Below the pieces are notes generated by a model. That model ran no database searches. It was given only the letters and a program-made list of their open reading frames with translations, and was not told the origin of the DNA. A stretch of DNA of 63,123 nt, the filler included, from Sphacelaria rigidula (lineage: Eukaryota), in the NCBI GenBank assembly GCA_964200075.2. It is 5 parts of 5 records of this genome, joined end to end, with 100 filler letters (N's around TTAATTAATTAA, not from the genome) between each part and the next. Parts side by side here need not be neighbours in the genome. Positions count along the whole stretch, not along the records: positions 1 to 12,548 come from CAXNAA020003645.1; positions 12,649 to 25,195 come from CAXNAA020003646.1; 3 more parts are not named here. One strand, written 5' to 3'. The position numbers and the translations under genes are program-made. Of this stretch, positions 1-12,734 are shown one piece after another. Position 1 is the first letter of the stretch. Each line of letters starts with the position of its first letter.

Positions 1-167
1 CCGATCTCGCGAACCCGTGGTCACAGACGTGGGCTCGCCTTTCCAATACCGTCCTTGCTAGTCCTTACCAGACACATCACCAAAATAAAGAAAAAAAATA
101 AGAATACAGACGCCACGAAAACCGGTGAGAAGTAGCTCCCCCGAGTTCAATGGGGAGAGGAAAGAAG

Positions 168-204
168 AACAAACAAACAAACAAACAAACAAACAAACAA
201 ACAA
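168..204 (+). repeat. (AAAC)n microsatellite
   Basis: Directly visible tandem AAAC units. Confidence 0.95.
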
Positions 205-654
205 GTTGGCATCGTCTAATTTCCACTAAAGATGCGCACGAAAGACCCAGGGAGCCTTGTGACACTGTCCCCTATATCTGTTGCAGAAAAATTCACATCG
301 CCCTAAAACTTGACAGTTCCGCAGGTATTGATGCTTGAAATGGAAAAATTGTATTATCGGCAATATTTCATTTTTCTCCATTCTTCACTGGCTTCCGGGG
401 GTCCCAGTATGAAGACCCCCGGAAGGCGGTAGAGAATGCCCCAAAATAAGAATCATCGAATGATACATCCCGGAGGTAGTCCAAGGGACACATGTACCAA
501 GGTTGGTGGAGAAACTCGAAAACCTCACACAATTTTTCTTGCCTTGACGTGAAATTCACCGATAACGACGTTTCGATACCAAGACCAAGTGGTTAGGAGT
601 TGCACGTTTCAAGCCCATGTCCTCCACAAACGTGCAAACCTTCCCGCCGTAATC

Positions 655-1205
655 AGGAGTGAGACCCTGTAAATTTGCACAAATGTGCTATGTGTCATCA
701 CACAACTTTCTATGGACGAGGTTTTCCTACTTCTTGAGGTTTTTCACCGTTTTTCGGGGGTCCGACGGGATCCAGATCGTTTTTCGCAGTAGTCTCCATT
801 CTGGGACCCCCAAAAAGCGGCACTACGATATATATTTCTAAGTTTTTCGCGAACGAGCTGTCGCCCCATAACCCAAGGAATGGCCCCACAAACATTTGTC
901 GCAAAACCCGATCATCTGATGCTCGAATTTTCATGTTCACGGCAAATAAGGCCCAAAGACGCCGTTTTCGCACTAAAATCAAGTAGTTTGTGGTTTCGCC
1001 GCGGCACGGCAAAGTTCATCGCACAAGAGCAAATACCTCACGCCGTTTCAAGGAGTTGAACCCTTAAATTTTGCACAACTGTGCTATGGGTCATCACCCA
1101 ACTTTGGATCAATGAGGTTTTTTCAGTTTTTGTTTTATTTTTGTTTTACGGGGCTCCGATGGGATCGATGTTTCCCCGAAAAAAACTGGGACCCCCGAAA
1201 AACGC
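655..1205. repeat. Degenerate direct repeat pair (~655-820 and ~1051-1205), probably inside a non-autonomous DNA element
   Basis: aggagtgagaccctgtaaatttgcacaaatgtgctatgtgtcatcacacaacttt...ctgggacccccaaaaagcg aligns with aggagttgaacccttaaattttgcacaactgtgctatgggtcatcacccaacttt...ctgggacccccgaaaaacgc. Confidence 0.7.
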
Positions 1206-2791
1206 TTAAAAAAGTGGAAAAGTGGAAAAATCTCAACCTTCCAAAGTTGCGTTATGCCTCATAGATCATCTGTGCAAAATTTCACGGTCTGTCTCCTTAA
1301 AACGGCGTGAGGTTTTGCCGCTGAGTGTTTTTCGGGTGATCCGCGTGAACCAGCCTGTACCGGAAGACTCTTTGGTACGTGACTCGCATTTAACATTTCA
1401 TGGGGAGTCAACCCGTATGAACTCTGATTCGTCCGAACCGTGAAATCGATTCCGCAGCACGAATTCGTTTGAGTCAAAACCTTTTTGATAAGACACGGCC
1501 TCAGCATTTTGTAACAGGGCCCGAGACGATGTGCGTTTTACTCCGCTTGTAGTCTTTGCCGCCTGCCTGACCCCTCGTGCGTTGCTAGCATGGCTTTACA
1601 CTGTAGTGTTTTTGTGGAACACTAAGCGGAGACATAAGCAGCATGGAGAAGCATGTTCAGTGGAGAGCAATGACACGATGACTGGTTTTTGCCGATGTAC
1701 CCAGCCCTCAGGATGGAATAGGTCGCATGTACGCTAGAGCACCAGCCGCAGCGGCAGCAGCACTGTAGGACAGACAAGAACAGTTGAGACGGTGCGCCAT
1801 GTGTGCAAGTGTAGAACACTTTCGATGTATCCTGGTCTCGCTGTGCTCAGTGGAAAGCGATGGCACGCTGATTAAAAATGTTGGAATACATGTACGGTAC
1901 AGCAGCAGTAGTACACTCAGTAAAAGAGAGAGTACGGTTCAAATGATGCGACATGAATGCGTGCAAGATCAACACATGCTCAAGGTGTACCAGCGCTGCC
2001 CCGAAAAGCACCAGGACTGCGAATGCAAGGCAGACACATTCTCCTCAGCTATTTCATGTGCAGTGGGTAACCTCTTGAATACCCATATCTAGAACCTAAG
2101 CCTAGATGCACTCGAAACTTTCCATCAGCGTGCGAAAGGTTGGGGACAGGGTTGCAGTCAGGTGTGACTTCATGTTGGAAGTACAAGAGCCAATTATTGA
2201 ACTCGGTAGGCAGCCCTGCGCTTCGTCGTAGAGAACAAAAAAGTTAAGTCGAGAACTCAAGAATGCCGAGGGCGGTGGCGTACTGTTTGTACTATTGACA
2301 CGATTCGATTGATGGGATCAGCAGGTGTACTGTTAACGAGCTGTTGGGAAAGGTCGCGCCAAAAACCTGATTTATCCACTCGAGAGTGCAAGCTTGTCGC
2401 CAAGTGCGGCAGCTTGCTCCAACACTCAAGCTACACGTGCCCTGCTTTAAGTATTAATCGTCGTGTTGGGAATAACCTTTTCAACTTTATCATGTTCAGC
2501 ACGTTGGTCCATTCCCCTCTCTCCGTTCTCTCTTGCTATGCTTGGGACTGGCAACACGAACCACATGCGCTCGTCGCCCTAGTTGCAATATCGATCCATC
2601 AGGGACTCACGCACTGTCGTGTTGCATATCTGATTGCACGCGATCTCAAATGTATTGAACTTGTAACTTGTAGACGACCCTTGGTATCATAGCTGCATCC
2701 CACAGGCAAAATAATGCGTCCCCATTTCCCCTCCTGAACTATGCCCTCGTGTGTGATGTGTCTTGCTGTTTGCTTCCCGAATTCAGTGCAG

Positions 2792-5700
2792 GATGCGACC
2801 CCACCGAACGTTGTATTCGTTTTCGCCGATGACTTGGGCATCGGAGACGTCGGCTACAATGCACATCTCACCACGCGGGGTGGCATGCCGACCCCTGTCT
2901 TGGACTCTCTTGCGGAGGATGGGACAATCTTGACCCGCTTCTACTCAAGCTATGCCTGCACTCCGGCGCGCGCGGCTCTTATGACCGGAAGGTACAGCGA
3001 AACGTTCAGCGATAGGCCGGGACGAGCTGGAGCGGGAGGGGGATTGATTTTTAGGGTCGCGGTGCAAATTGTCTAGCAGCTTGACCCACCCTCGCTAGAA
3101 AGCCTGCGCCCATGTTCAGCTGTATGAGCACAGTTGTCCTTTTCCCTGTCTGCGTGCACTTGTGGCAGCGGTTCACGCTGCGCTCAATGGGGCACACAGC
3201 AGCAGTTAGTTACTAGAAGGGTCGCACTACCGTTGTGTTCGATGTACTCACCCGTACGACACGGTCTGTCATTCAGTCATATTGGGTCTGTGCATACCTG
3301 TTGGGTTCCGAATCCTCTATGCCATCACTTTGTTCGAATACCGCAGTATTCAAGGCTTTGGGTGAAGTTCACGGCTCTTGGGTGAATCCTCCGAAACACT
3401 GCCCTGCACTGGTGGACAAATCACTGCCCCCCCCGCCCCGCCCCTGCTCCGTCTCGAAAGGGATGCGTGGGCAATGATCAAACAAACGACTAAGGCAAGC
3501 AACAAATGAGTACGCCCCCCCTCCCCTGCTTCTAGCCTGGTCCGGCGAAAACCATTTGTGCTCCGTCCCAGCTTTGTAGGGACGAGCCCCCTATGGGGTT
3601 GGCGTCTGTTGGCAATGACGCTGTAAAGCACGCCACTCGCTGCGTAGGCTAGGCTACCAGGTTACCGGTTTTTTTTTTATAGTAACCATGATCATATTGT
3701 GCGGGTGGGAGAAACTCAACTCGGCGCAGGGGGGAAGGTCATACTACGTGGCGTTTCAATGATGTGACACCCTTGAGGCAGTGTATAAGCCGTCTCTGTC
3801 TCTGGAAGTGGCGATACCAGAAAATGAAGCAACACACTGGGGACTGTCATCCATACGCAAGATAATCAGTACGCTTCGGGCCGAACAATTCTAGCGGGAT
3901 GCAGCCACGCTTCATGCGACTCACCGAACACACGACGGCGCTTCTCAGTTAGTGATATATTGCGAGCCTGGTCCGGCGAAAACCCGGTGTGCTCCCTCCC
4001 GGCTGTGAAGGGATGTGAGGTCAAAGCTTACATGACTATACATTCGAGAACATGAGTACCCCCCCTCCCCCCCCCCGTACGCCCCCGCCCCCACCCCTCG
4101 CCGCTCCCTCTTATTCTCATTATTATCTCCTGGCCCCGCTGTTGCATGCGATGATCCACATTTGTAGGTTCCCGTCCAGAACCAATATGAAGAATCCTGA
4201 GTACCGTGAATTCTCTCTGGCCTTGAACGAGGATGAGGAGCTTCTGCCTGAAGTGCTCGGGAACCTGGGGTACCAAACGCATATGGTGGGGAAGTGGCAC
4301 CTCGGACACTACATGCGGAAGTTCCACCCCGTGGGACGAGGGTTCGAGTCGTTCTGCGGAAACCTCGGGGGAAACCTTGACTATTTCTATCACAACTGTG
4401 AGTTTTCCTCGAGAAAATCTATAGTTTCAGGGGTGTAATTGCGACCTGGAGGCGTTCGTCGATCCCACGGCGCACCCCCGGACCCCTGGTTCCGGACAGG
4501 AAACACGCCATGGTGTCAAGAAACACTTCGTGTGTCTTCGAAACTGGGAGCGTTCCTACTATTTCAATCGGTGGAGGTTTTCGAGAGACGCAACGTAGTT
4601 GTGGCGGTGCAGCACACGAGAATGCACACTTGGTTGGCAGAAACTGAGTGTAAAGCCGTGCACACGTTGCAATTCTATTCGAGGGGGGTACGGTGACTCG
4701 ACTTCAGCTCTACCGCAAGGTCTACCATTTTTGCACAATCACTTGACATGGCGTCGGCATTTTATTGTCATCTGAGTTGCCGAGCAAGCCCGGCTTTTTT
4801 TCACCCCAACGCGCGTAATAGCTTTCATTTTCGCGCCTCAAATGCCGTTCCACCTCATAGCATCACCGTGCCATGAGACCTCGCCTTGTCCAGCTATGCT
4901 GAAGGTGATCGTATACATGTCCTGAGCGAGCGGTTTCATGGAAGTAATATAATTTTGTTCTACACCATCCAATCGCTCGTCGCCGAAATAATACGTATCG
5001 TTTGTGTATGTCAGATGGCTCAGCGGACGAGTACAGCCCGCACGATTTGTCTTGCGCTACATCGAAGTCGACGACCTCGAGTGGGAAATGCGAGGAGTAC
5101 AAGTCTTACTATGAGGATGATATCACCAGTGAACAGTCGTACGTGATGGATATGCTGCAACCTGACAGCGAGAGTGTCACCCCCGACGCGGTAAGTGGCG
5201 ATGAGGGCTTCTCATATGCAGGTCATCGCGACGGATGTTGAACAGCATCGTCCTAAACAGAAAAAAACTCCGATTTGGTCCTCATAAATCATGTGGAGGT
5301 CAAGTTTCACATCGGCGGAACAGAGAGTCAACGTCCCTTTAAAAGAGAAAGCAGTATGATATCACTCGTCGTCGATTTTGACAACAACATTTTTTGTCCA
5401 CTCGGCTTGTTGCAATATCAGGCAACGTATGGGAAGTACTACACGACTAATATCTACGGGCAAAAGAGCGTCGACGTGATCAAGGCGCACGATCGTGCGC
5501 GTGGCCCACTATTTCTTTACGTGCCCTTCACCGCTGGGCGCGCCCCTATGCAGGCCCTTGCAGACGACTTCGATGCGTGCTACAATACGGTGAGTGTCTG
5601 CATCAACAATGAATGGGGTTACGGGCGGAGGAGTTCCGTCCGGTGGAGCGAAAGATGAACTCCCTCTGCCCCGCCCCCAATGAAGCTTGTTTTGTCATTA

Positions 5701-8700
5701 TTCAAGTGTCTTACCTGTGTGCTGCTCGGGGGAGTACCATGGGGTCGGTCGAAAGCCACATCTACATGAAACCCATCTGGAAGGCATGTCGCTTTGAATG
5801 GTAAGATTGTAAGTCCGTCCATCTGTTCGTCTGTCAAGCACCAGAACTTCCTCCATTCTGTGTGACCAGAACCCCCTCCTTCCGGTGACTGTAAAAATCT
5901 GCACCTGGCGCGTCATGCATAGAAACGTTAGGCGGTCCGAGCCCATTGCATTTCTGCATGTTGTGGATGGGTGAGGGCATACTCGTAGGGCACGCAGCAC
6001 ACGCGTTGTTTTTCAATCAATCCCCACCCGCCCGTAGCGTATTCTTTGAAATACTTGTTGGGCTCTCAAGTGTACATGTTATGAAGCGTAGCGTGAATCG
6101 ACCGCATGTTTTATGAGGCCTTGGTTCCACGCAGGCGCAGAGCTATCGAGAATGCCCCCGCTCCAAAAATACACACCAGCCTTCAACGCGCACGTGCTTT
6201 ATATACTCTTTGCCATTCTCCCTCGCGGTCGATTATACAGATCGACGACAGCGACACGACCCGCTTGGTGATATGCTCTATGGTCAAGACTCTTGACAGG
6301 AATGTGGGAGACATCGTGGACGCCTTGAAAGCCCAGGTATGCTGGCACGAAGATATTTGAGCCTTGATTCATTGTGCGTTAGACACGATATAGTCGGGAT
6401 ACATATCGGCTTAACCACAAATCCAGGTTACCTCAGGTGTCTGCGAAGCTGGTGCTGGAAGCAATAGATTCAAATTAAGCACAGGCAAGAGGTCTAGCCA
6501 ATCAGTGCATGCCGGGTTGTCCACAACTTTGAATAGCCACGGTGATTGATTTGTTCGATCAAAACTAGTTGTGATATCAACGACTCACCTATCACGGTTA
6601 TCTCTGGCCAAGGAAACGTTTTACTTTGCATATCCTGGCACCATTTTCTTCCTTCAGAAACAAACGAAAATTGAGGCACGTTTTGACAGATATATTACCC
6701 TTCCTTGACATGTAAATTGGTCACGACATGTTGATGTGGTTCATTGTTTCATCCTGCGTTTGAGAGAATCGAACCTTCCCTTCAGCCCCTCCTTATCAAC
6801 GTCGATCGTCGAGCGCACGGAAGCTACGTGGGTAAGCACTAGTACTAGCATATGACCGCGCGTTCGTGTGGTGCTGTGCTGGCTGAAGAGACCGCGAGTT
6901 GACAAAATCCTCGCGTCCATTCAAGCAGGCGCAGTTTCTACAGTATGCCCTCTTGAGGATTGGACACGTGCCGAGTTGTTTTGGCTGCACGTGAATTGGG
7001 TCCCCCTCGGCCACACTGAGCGGGATCACGCTAAGTGGGACACTGTGTTCGATATATTTGCAGGGAATGTGGGACGACACGCTCTTCGTGTTTGCGAGCG
7101 ACAACGGGGGATCACTTGATAGGGGCTCCGACAACGGACCCCTGAGAGGTACCAAGGGAGACCAGTACGAGGGTGGCATCAGGACTCCCGCCTTCCTGCA
7201 CTTCGGGAAAAATACGGTCTCTGTGAGTGTACCAGAAGTTTGATAGCTGCAGACGAACGCAACCGTCGGTGTATGCGTACACTGCATTTTGCTATGATGG
7301 GGAGATCAAGTACTGGCTTATGGCAATGCTCTCTCTTTCCCCGCTTGGAATCGCCTCGGTTATGATGCGGTATTTATGTGAATAATGTACCAGGCAACAT
7401 GCACTTCTTTTTTTCCAGATGCTTGTGTGCGAAGGAGCGGGAATAATATCTCCCGTCTGCAAACCATGCCACGATCATGTTGCAAACATATCCATGGATT
7501 TCCGACACGTGCTCAAATTCGATGAGACGTGATTCCACACCGCTCAAAAGCAAGCAATATTGCCTGCGTCAAATACTGTTCGATACGAAGCGATCACCGA
7601 CGATTGTTCACTACTCGGGGCCAATAAGTGAGACGCCACGATGCAGGAGCCCACATGTGGTGGACAATATCGGCACCCAAGTTTTACGACTTTTTACTGA
7701 TTGGTGGCGGACGCAGCTGGAAGCTCTCGCTGCACGAGCATGCTCACGTCGACATGTACTCTCACACGTTCGAGTGATATCGTGACAGTCATGACATTTA
7801 TCACACTTTTTCCTGCAAAAGCTCAATACAGTTAACCGCTGGCATGCGTTCGCTCTTACCCACTCCGCGCCTGTTTGGACGAATGGGTCCCGCACTGCAG
7901 GACGCGGCTCTTACAAGAGGTGTCTTGAACGCCCAACCGGTTCATACAGTAGACCTCTTCAGGACGATCGTCGGTGCTGCTCTTCAAGATGCGTCTAGTT
8001 ACCGCTTCAAGAACGAGGTAGGTGATGGAAAGAGAGTGAGCACAGGTGCTAGTGAGTGGGGAGGATGGTTTCCAGTGCACACGGATGGGCAGTTTGATGT
8101 GGAAATTGGAGTCGGACATGCCACCGATGGGATTTGTTCGAAACTCTGTCGCGGTGGAAAATGACATATCAGGGAAAACGCCAAGCCGCTGGACATGCAG
8201 TACCTCGCGTGGGGGGTACCAAAGGAGACGTGCTAGTAGGGACGCGGTTTCTCTCCGGAGCACGTGTTTTCCAGTAGTTCTTCCAATGATACGCTATTCG
8301 TCTGCCGCCCCAATCAGCTTCAGCGAAGATCTGAGTTGCCTCACTCTCGAGTTTTCGGGGCTAATTTTGATAACATTCGAGGTGCCATCACTTTTTTACA
8401 TTTCATCAGTTCCATGCACGTCTTACCGTCGTGATAGCTTGGGGGTTTCGTTGACATCGGGATGCCGCTCTTTCTGCTTTTCGCGCCACAGATCGACGGC
8501 CGTGATTTGTGGAAACATCTATCCACAGGGGCTGCTTTCCCGTCAGATGTAGCGGGCGTCAATTTCAACTTTGCGGCTGGCCCTGGGTTCCTCTCGAGGA
8601 CAACGAAGACAGAGTACAACGACGATGGTTCGTATGTTGAGGCGGTGATGGCAACGTATGAAGGCACCGAGTTCAAGCTGTGCCGCAACTGTGGGGGCTT

Positions 8701-10010
8701 CTACTCGGTGAGTCTCGTGGCGCATAACTGTACCAACCGACTGTTTGAATCTCGCGTCGAACCGCAGACTAGAGATGGACTAGCCAGTGGCGCAAGCGCG
8801 CTGTGGTAAGCGGACTGAGTTTTTCTCTACAGAACAGTTGTGGTCAACGTGATGAGATGACACACGGTTCAGCAAGTCTAAACTGTCTCAGTGGTTCTAA
8901 CTCGGTGCCGTATGTTACGTGACGGTAACCAACCACGTTTACGACACGCATTCATTTCACGTTCGCGATATCTGTCTTCTTTCGCCGGCAGGACGAGATT
9001 TTCGACCTCGTCGCGGACCCGTCAGAGTCGAAGAATCTTGCCCATTTGCCCGAGTACGCCGGCGTTGCGGCCTTCTTGAATGATACTTTGGAGAGCTGGG
9101 TCGAGGTGTCGTATCCTTTGCTGAAGTACCCCACCCTTACTGAACGCGCTTCCGAGTTGTTAGAGGTGAGCCAAGCCCCTGCCTTCTTATTTCGTGTTGA
9201 TCTCTTTTTCTTTTTCGTTTTGATGTTTCAGCAACATTTGATGTTGCTTCTCCGCCTTGATCAGTCTCAGCTAGATTTTTTGTTTTGGCGACTGAGGCTG
9301 TCGCCCTCTCCGCCATATTTTTTCTGGAAGCCGTGCTGCCAGCGTTGTGGTACTGTCTTTACATGACCCACGGTTGCAATATAGTTCGCACTGCAAATTT
9401 CCCATACCCCGTGGATATTCCTGAGCGTGATGCCACGGCGCTGGAAATGTATCTGATGTGTCACCAACAGTCCTTGTCGCACCAATTCACTAGGAGATCG
9501 AGAAATGCCACATAGTGGTCTTAATAAATTACGGCATCTGAGAAGTAAAGTCGGTGACATATTCCCGCTTCTTGCCTTGTAGAGCATGCCATCCTCGTCG
9601 GCGTCGCCGAATTTGTGTCGTGAACATTGTGCGTTCTCTGTGTTCTGTAAAGAAATCGTGTGGTTAAAGTGAAAATGCTTTGTATAGGGCGCTGTATCGG
9701 AGCGTGCTCATCAGGCACGTGTTTCATGACAACATGCTCGGTGTCTCGTTCAGTTACTCGTGTTCAATAATCCTGATGACAGCGGTGAACGAAGGCAGCT
9801 GTCAGTGCCAAGCGAACGCTGACGACATGGTCGTGTGTTGTTCATCCCGTTTGCTTCTCAATGACTCAGGGCGCTGGTATGGATCCGGATTTGGCAGACG
9901 ACTTCGTGATCGGCAATGATTGCTTCCTGCCGCTGGACAGTCCGGAGTTTTTGTGCACCGACTGCAGCGCGCTTCTGCACTCATTCCCGGACACCGTACC
10001 GCCGCGATGA
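2792..10010 (+). CDS. Formylglycine-dependent (family S1, arylsulfatase B-like) sulfatase, 10 exons, ~558 aa; first exon/signal peptide not resolved
   Basis: Hand-spliced exons 2792-2991, 4168-4397, 5015-5190, 5422-5589, 6241-6336, 7064-7222, 7901-8017, 8492-8707, 8992-9165, 9870-10010. All introns are GT-AG with compatible phases, giving 1677 nt open to TGA. Sulfatase motifs occur in the expected order: PNVVFVFADDLG, CTPARAALMTGR (CxPxR), GYQTHMVGKWHLG, RGFESF, FASDNGG, LRGTKGDQYEGGIRTP, IDGRDLW, IFDLVADPSESKNLA. Confidence 0.93.
3445..4078 (+). mobile_element. Unclassified ~630-bp non-coding interspersed element with C-tailed terminal direct repeats; most complete copy, in a sulfatase intron
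   Basis: Internal region aligns in reverse with 27541-28010 and 43720-44120. The terminal module tgctccgtctcgaaagggatgcgtgg...gactaaggcaagcaacaaatgagtacgcccccc at 3445-3525 recurs in diverged form at 3966-4070. Confidence 0.8.
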
Positions 10011-10926
10011 AGAAACCGACCTGGGGGATTGGTCCCGTTCCGTCGTGATGAAAGGGTTTGAACAGACGATCATACTCGTTTTGCAGGTCCTCAACAGTGA
10101 AGCATCGGATATATTATTTGAATGAAGTGTTTCAGCCACAGGTGAGGTCTCTGTCTTGAGCCGTGTAATTGTTTTGTCCGACTTTTGAGGTCTTGGGAGT
10201 TTTTGGAATACCATATGTTATGAAGGGGTGGGTCCATGGGTCAGTGCGTTCCCGATCCAGCCGTTCTGGCATCATGCTTCCAGTGTAATAATGTTGCGGG
10301 GAACGAGCCTTCTCGGAGTTGGCGGAGCCTCTGAACCGCGTCTACCGGTAAGCCAACGATTGAGCGCTGTCGATACCAGACGTATCGCGTGCCTGGAGCA
10401 AAAAACAAGATACGACGGGTGGCCGTATCTCTTGAATGAATACATGAAGGTGGAGCAACGTATTCGACTTGATTTATGCCCCTTCGTGTTCTAGGGATGG
10501 TGCCGGGGGAGAGTATGCGGTGGTTTGTGTGTTTAGTACCATGGGGCACCGGGCGGTCTGTTGTTGGCGTTACGTTTGGCTTCGTGGGTGTCTTGGCAAC
10601 ACCTCTTAGCTTGCTGTTATAGTGTTGTGGTTTTTATGTAATGTGGGTGAGGTCTTTGGGGTGCGTCTGTGTGTGTGTGTGTATGTGTGTTCGTGTATGA
10701 CTTGTACAAAATCCAGTTGACACTTGGCTGTAGCGGGTGGGTAATATGCAGGGTGTTCCAATTTTTGTCTTCCCGAACTCGCGGTTCGGTTCACATGTCG
10801 TACAACGCTTGGGGTTTGTTGTTGATTGTCCGCCGCACGATACCAGTTTGACTACTTGAAGACAAACTTGTGCACTTTAGCTTGTGTGTAGTCTCGTGCG
10901 TGATTGTTTCTGCGTTGTGCATGAAA

Positions 10927-11220
10927 CAATGTTTCCGTGAGATTGAGGGTAGAGCGTTGGTTAAGAGTGGGTTTCATCATTCGCTTTAACTTGACCAATT
11001 GTTCATACCGCGTGTGCTTTGCTTTGCCTGTATCACTGGCGTGTGCTTACAGCTACACGTTGATATATCTCTCAGAGATGTCAAGGGCCTGTGGAAAGTT
11101 ATTACAGAAAGCGTATCGGGCCTCGTGGAGGGGCATTTCGGAACTGAAACGATTCATTGGTTGATTGACCGCTTGTAAGTCTCGATCGTATCCTTTTTTT
11201 TCAGGCTCATGAAAACACTG
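10927..11220 (+). mobile_element. ~295-bp MITE with hAT-like termini, copy 1
   Basis: Starts caatgtttccgtgagattga and ends tcaggctcatgaaaacactg. Aligns over its full length with the reverse complement of 58310-58605. Confidence 0.8.
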
Positions 11221-11299
11221 TGATGAGCGCTCGGAACGCTGTCGCACGCATGAAACAAATATGTGAAATCATAAGCCCATATGGTCTACGTTCTTCATG

Positions 11300-11800
11300 G
11301 ACCCCGGCGGTACAATAGTATCTGAAATGGTGGGCTATCGTCATTCGCCGTACCCAGAGATGGTATGCGGTGGCCTGCAAACACGTACATTCCACAGTCA
11401 ATGACCTCGAGTGCGACAACCCGGCATCAGGCATATACGACTTGCCACACGACCTTCGTGGCTATATATTGCACCGTGCAATTGACAGCTCCGTGCTCTC
11501 ATGTGCTCTCAAGGGAGCCTCAGTAGAGAGGAAGTATATTCTCTTGCTGTGTTGTTCCATCACTCAATATCCACTCACCACACACACATGGGCCCTGCAC
11601 CAAGGCTCCTACCGAGCTGCTACCAGAAATACGCACGGCAAGTAAGATGAGGGACGCGCTTGGCACCGACATGGCTGGTACGCGGCACATCTGTCACGAT
11701 ATATTCTCGCCTACATGATCGGTCTATTCGGATTGCCTCGCTAGTCCAATTCGCATTCAATCTGACCATAATTTCCCACGATCCAACGCTAGTAGACATG
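11300..11800 (-). mobile_element. Highly decayed Ty3/Gypsy integrase (zinc-finger region) remnant
   Basis: Minus-strand peptide DVPRTSHVGAKRVPHLTCRAYFW resembles the HxxxxxGHxGxxRTxxxxxxxYFW integrase motif; stop codons on either side. Confidence 0.35.
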
Positions 11801-12548
11801 CACAAGGATCTAGTCCAGGCATGTTTGAATAGCCCCCCGGACCGGACCTTGGTCCTCGAAAATTATAACGCTGTGGATACGTGACGCCATGTGAACGAGG
11901 GATCAACTACGGCGTAACTTCAAGCGAACAAGCAATTGACCCTGCACCAGTTCGCTCAGTTTCAAAAACTGCACAGTATCTCTATCAAGTTATGGTCAAA
12001 TTGCATGTTAGCATGATGACTGCAAGCCAATGGACAATTGATCCAGCACCAGTTTTTCCCTCTAAAGCTACATGATATCTCGAAGTAGTCACAGTTCATC
12101 AGGTGAGATCTCACCGGTTTGCAGCGACAGGGGCAAGCGTCATTCAAGCGCGGTATCCAGCAAAGAGCGAAACCGTTCTAAGCAGACAGCATGATGTCTT
12201 TAGCACAGGTGTGATTTTCTTCTTTTCATTGATGGTGGGGAGAATCACGCGAGCTTCGCTAAATTTACTTTGGTCCCTTCGAGATTGATATGAAACACCA
12301 CGGCCGTAATTGGTACAAGCATGCTCCACCCCTGATCGGATTACTCGCCGGCAGCCATCGATCAACTCTACGGGTTCGATAGTCGAATAGCTAGCCCATC
12401 CTCGTACTCACACTCCGACACTCCGCCACTACGCCGCGATGCATAACATTTATAGCTCCTTACTCACACCCAAGTAAAAAAATGCTCCTAAAACAGCCCA
12501 TCATCTATGTTGAGGATGGTGCTTTTGATTGAGGATGAGAACCCGGAG

Positions 12549-12648
12549 NNNNNNNNNNNNNNNNNNNNNNNNNNNNNNNNNNNNNNNNNNNNTTAATTAA
12601 TTAANNNNNNNNNNNNNNNNNNNNNNNNNNNNNNNNNNNNNNNNNNNN
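12549..12648. other. Artificial contig linker (N44-TTAATTAATTAA-N44)
   Basis: Identical 100-bp spacer occurs four times; its core gives stop codons in all six frames. Confidence 0.99.
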
Positions 12649-12734
12649 GTTTAAGAGACAACCAACTAGACTACTGACCAGCCAGCGCTGGGCAGCGCTG
12701 GCTGGTCAGTAGTCTAGTTGGTTGTCTCTTAAAC
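12649..12734. repeat. Perfect 42-bp inverted repeat with 2-nt spacer at the very start of contig 2
   Basis: 12649-12690 is the exact reverse complement of 12693-12734. Confidence 0.95.

Noticed and set aside
1531-1737. Signal-peptide-like ORF as the first sulfatase exon
   Set aside because: It starts at GTG, the nearby ATG is out of frame and stops after 7 codons, and I found no convincing donor site.
9772-9810. Hammerhead ribozyme core (CTGATGA)
   Set aside because: No correctly placed GAAA or three-stem junction.
12593-12604. TTAATTAATTAA as a biological motif (piggyBac target or regulatory site)
   Set aside because: It is identical in all four gaps and centred in 100-bp N spacers, so it is an assembly linker.
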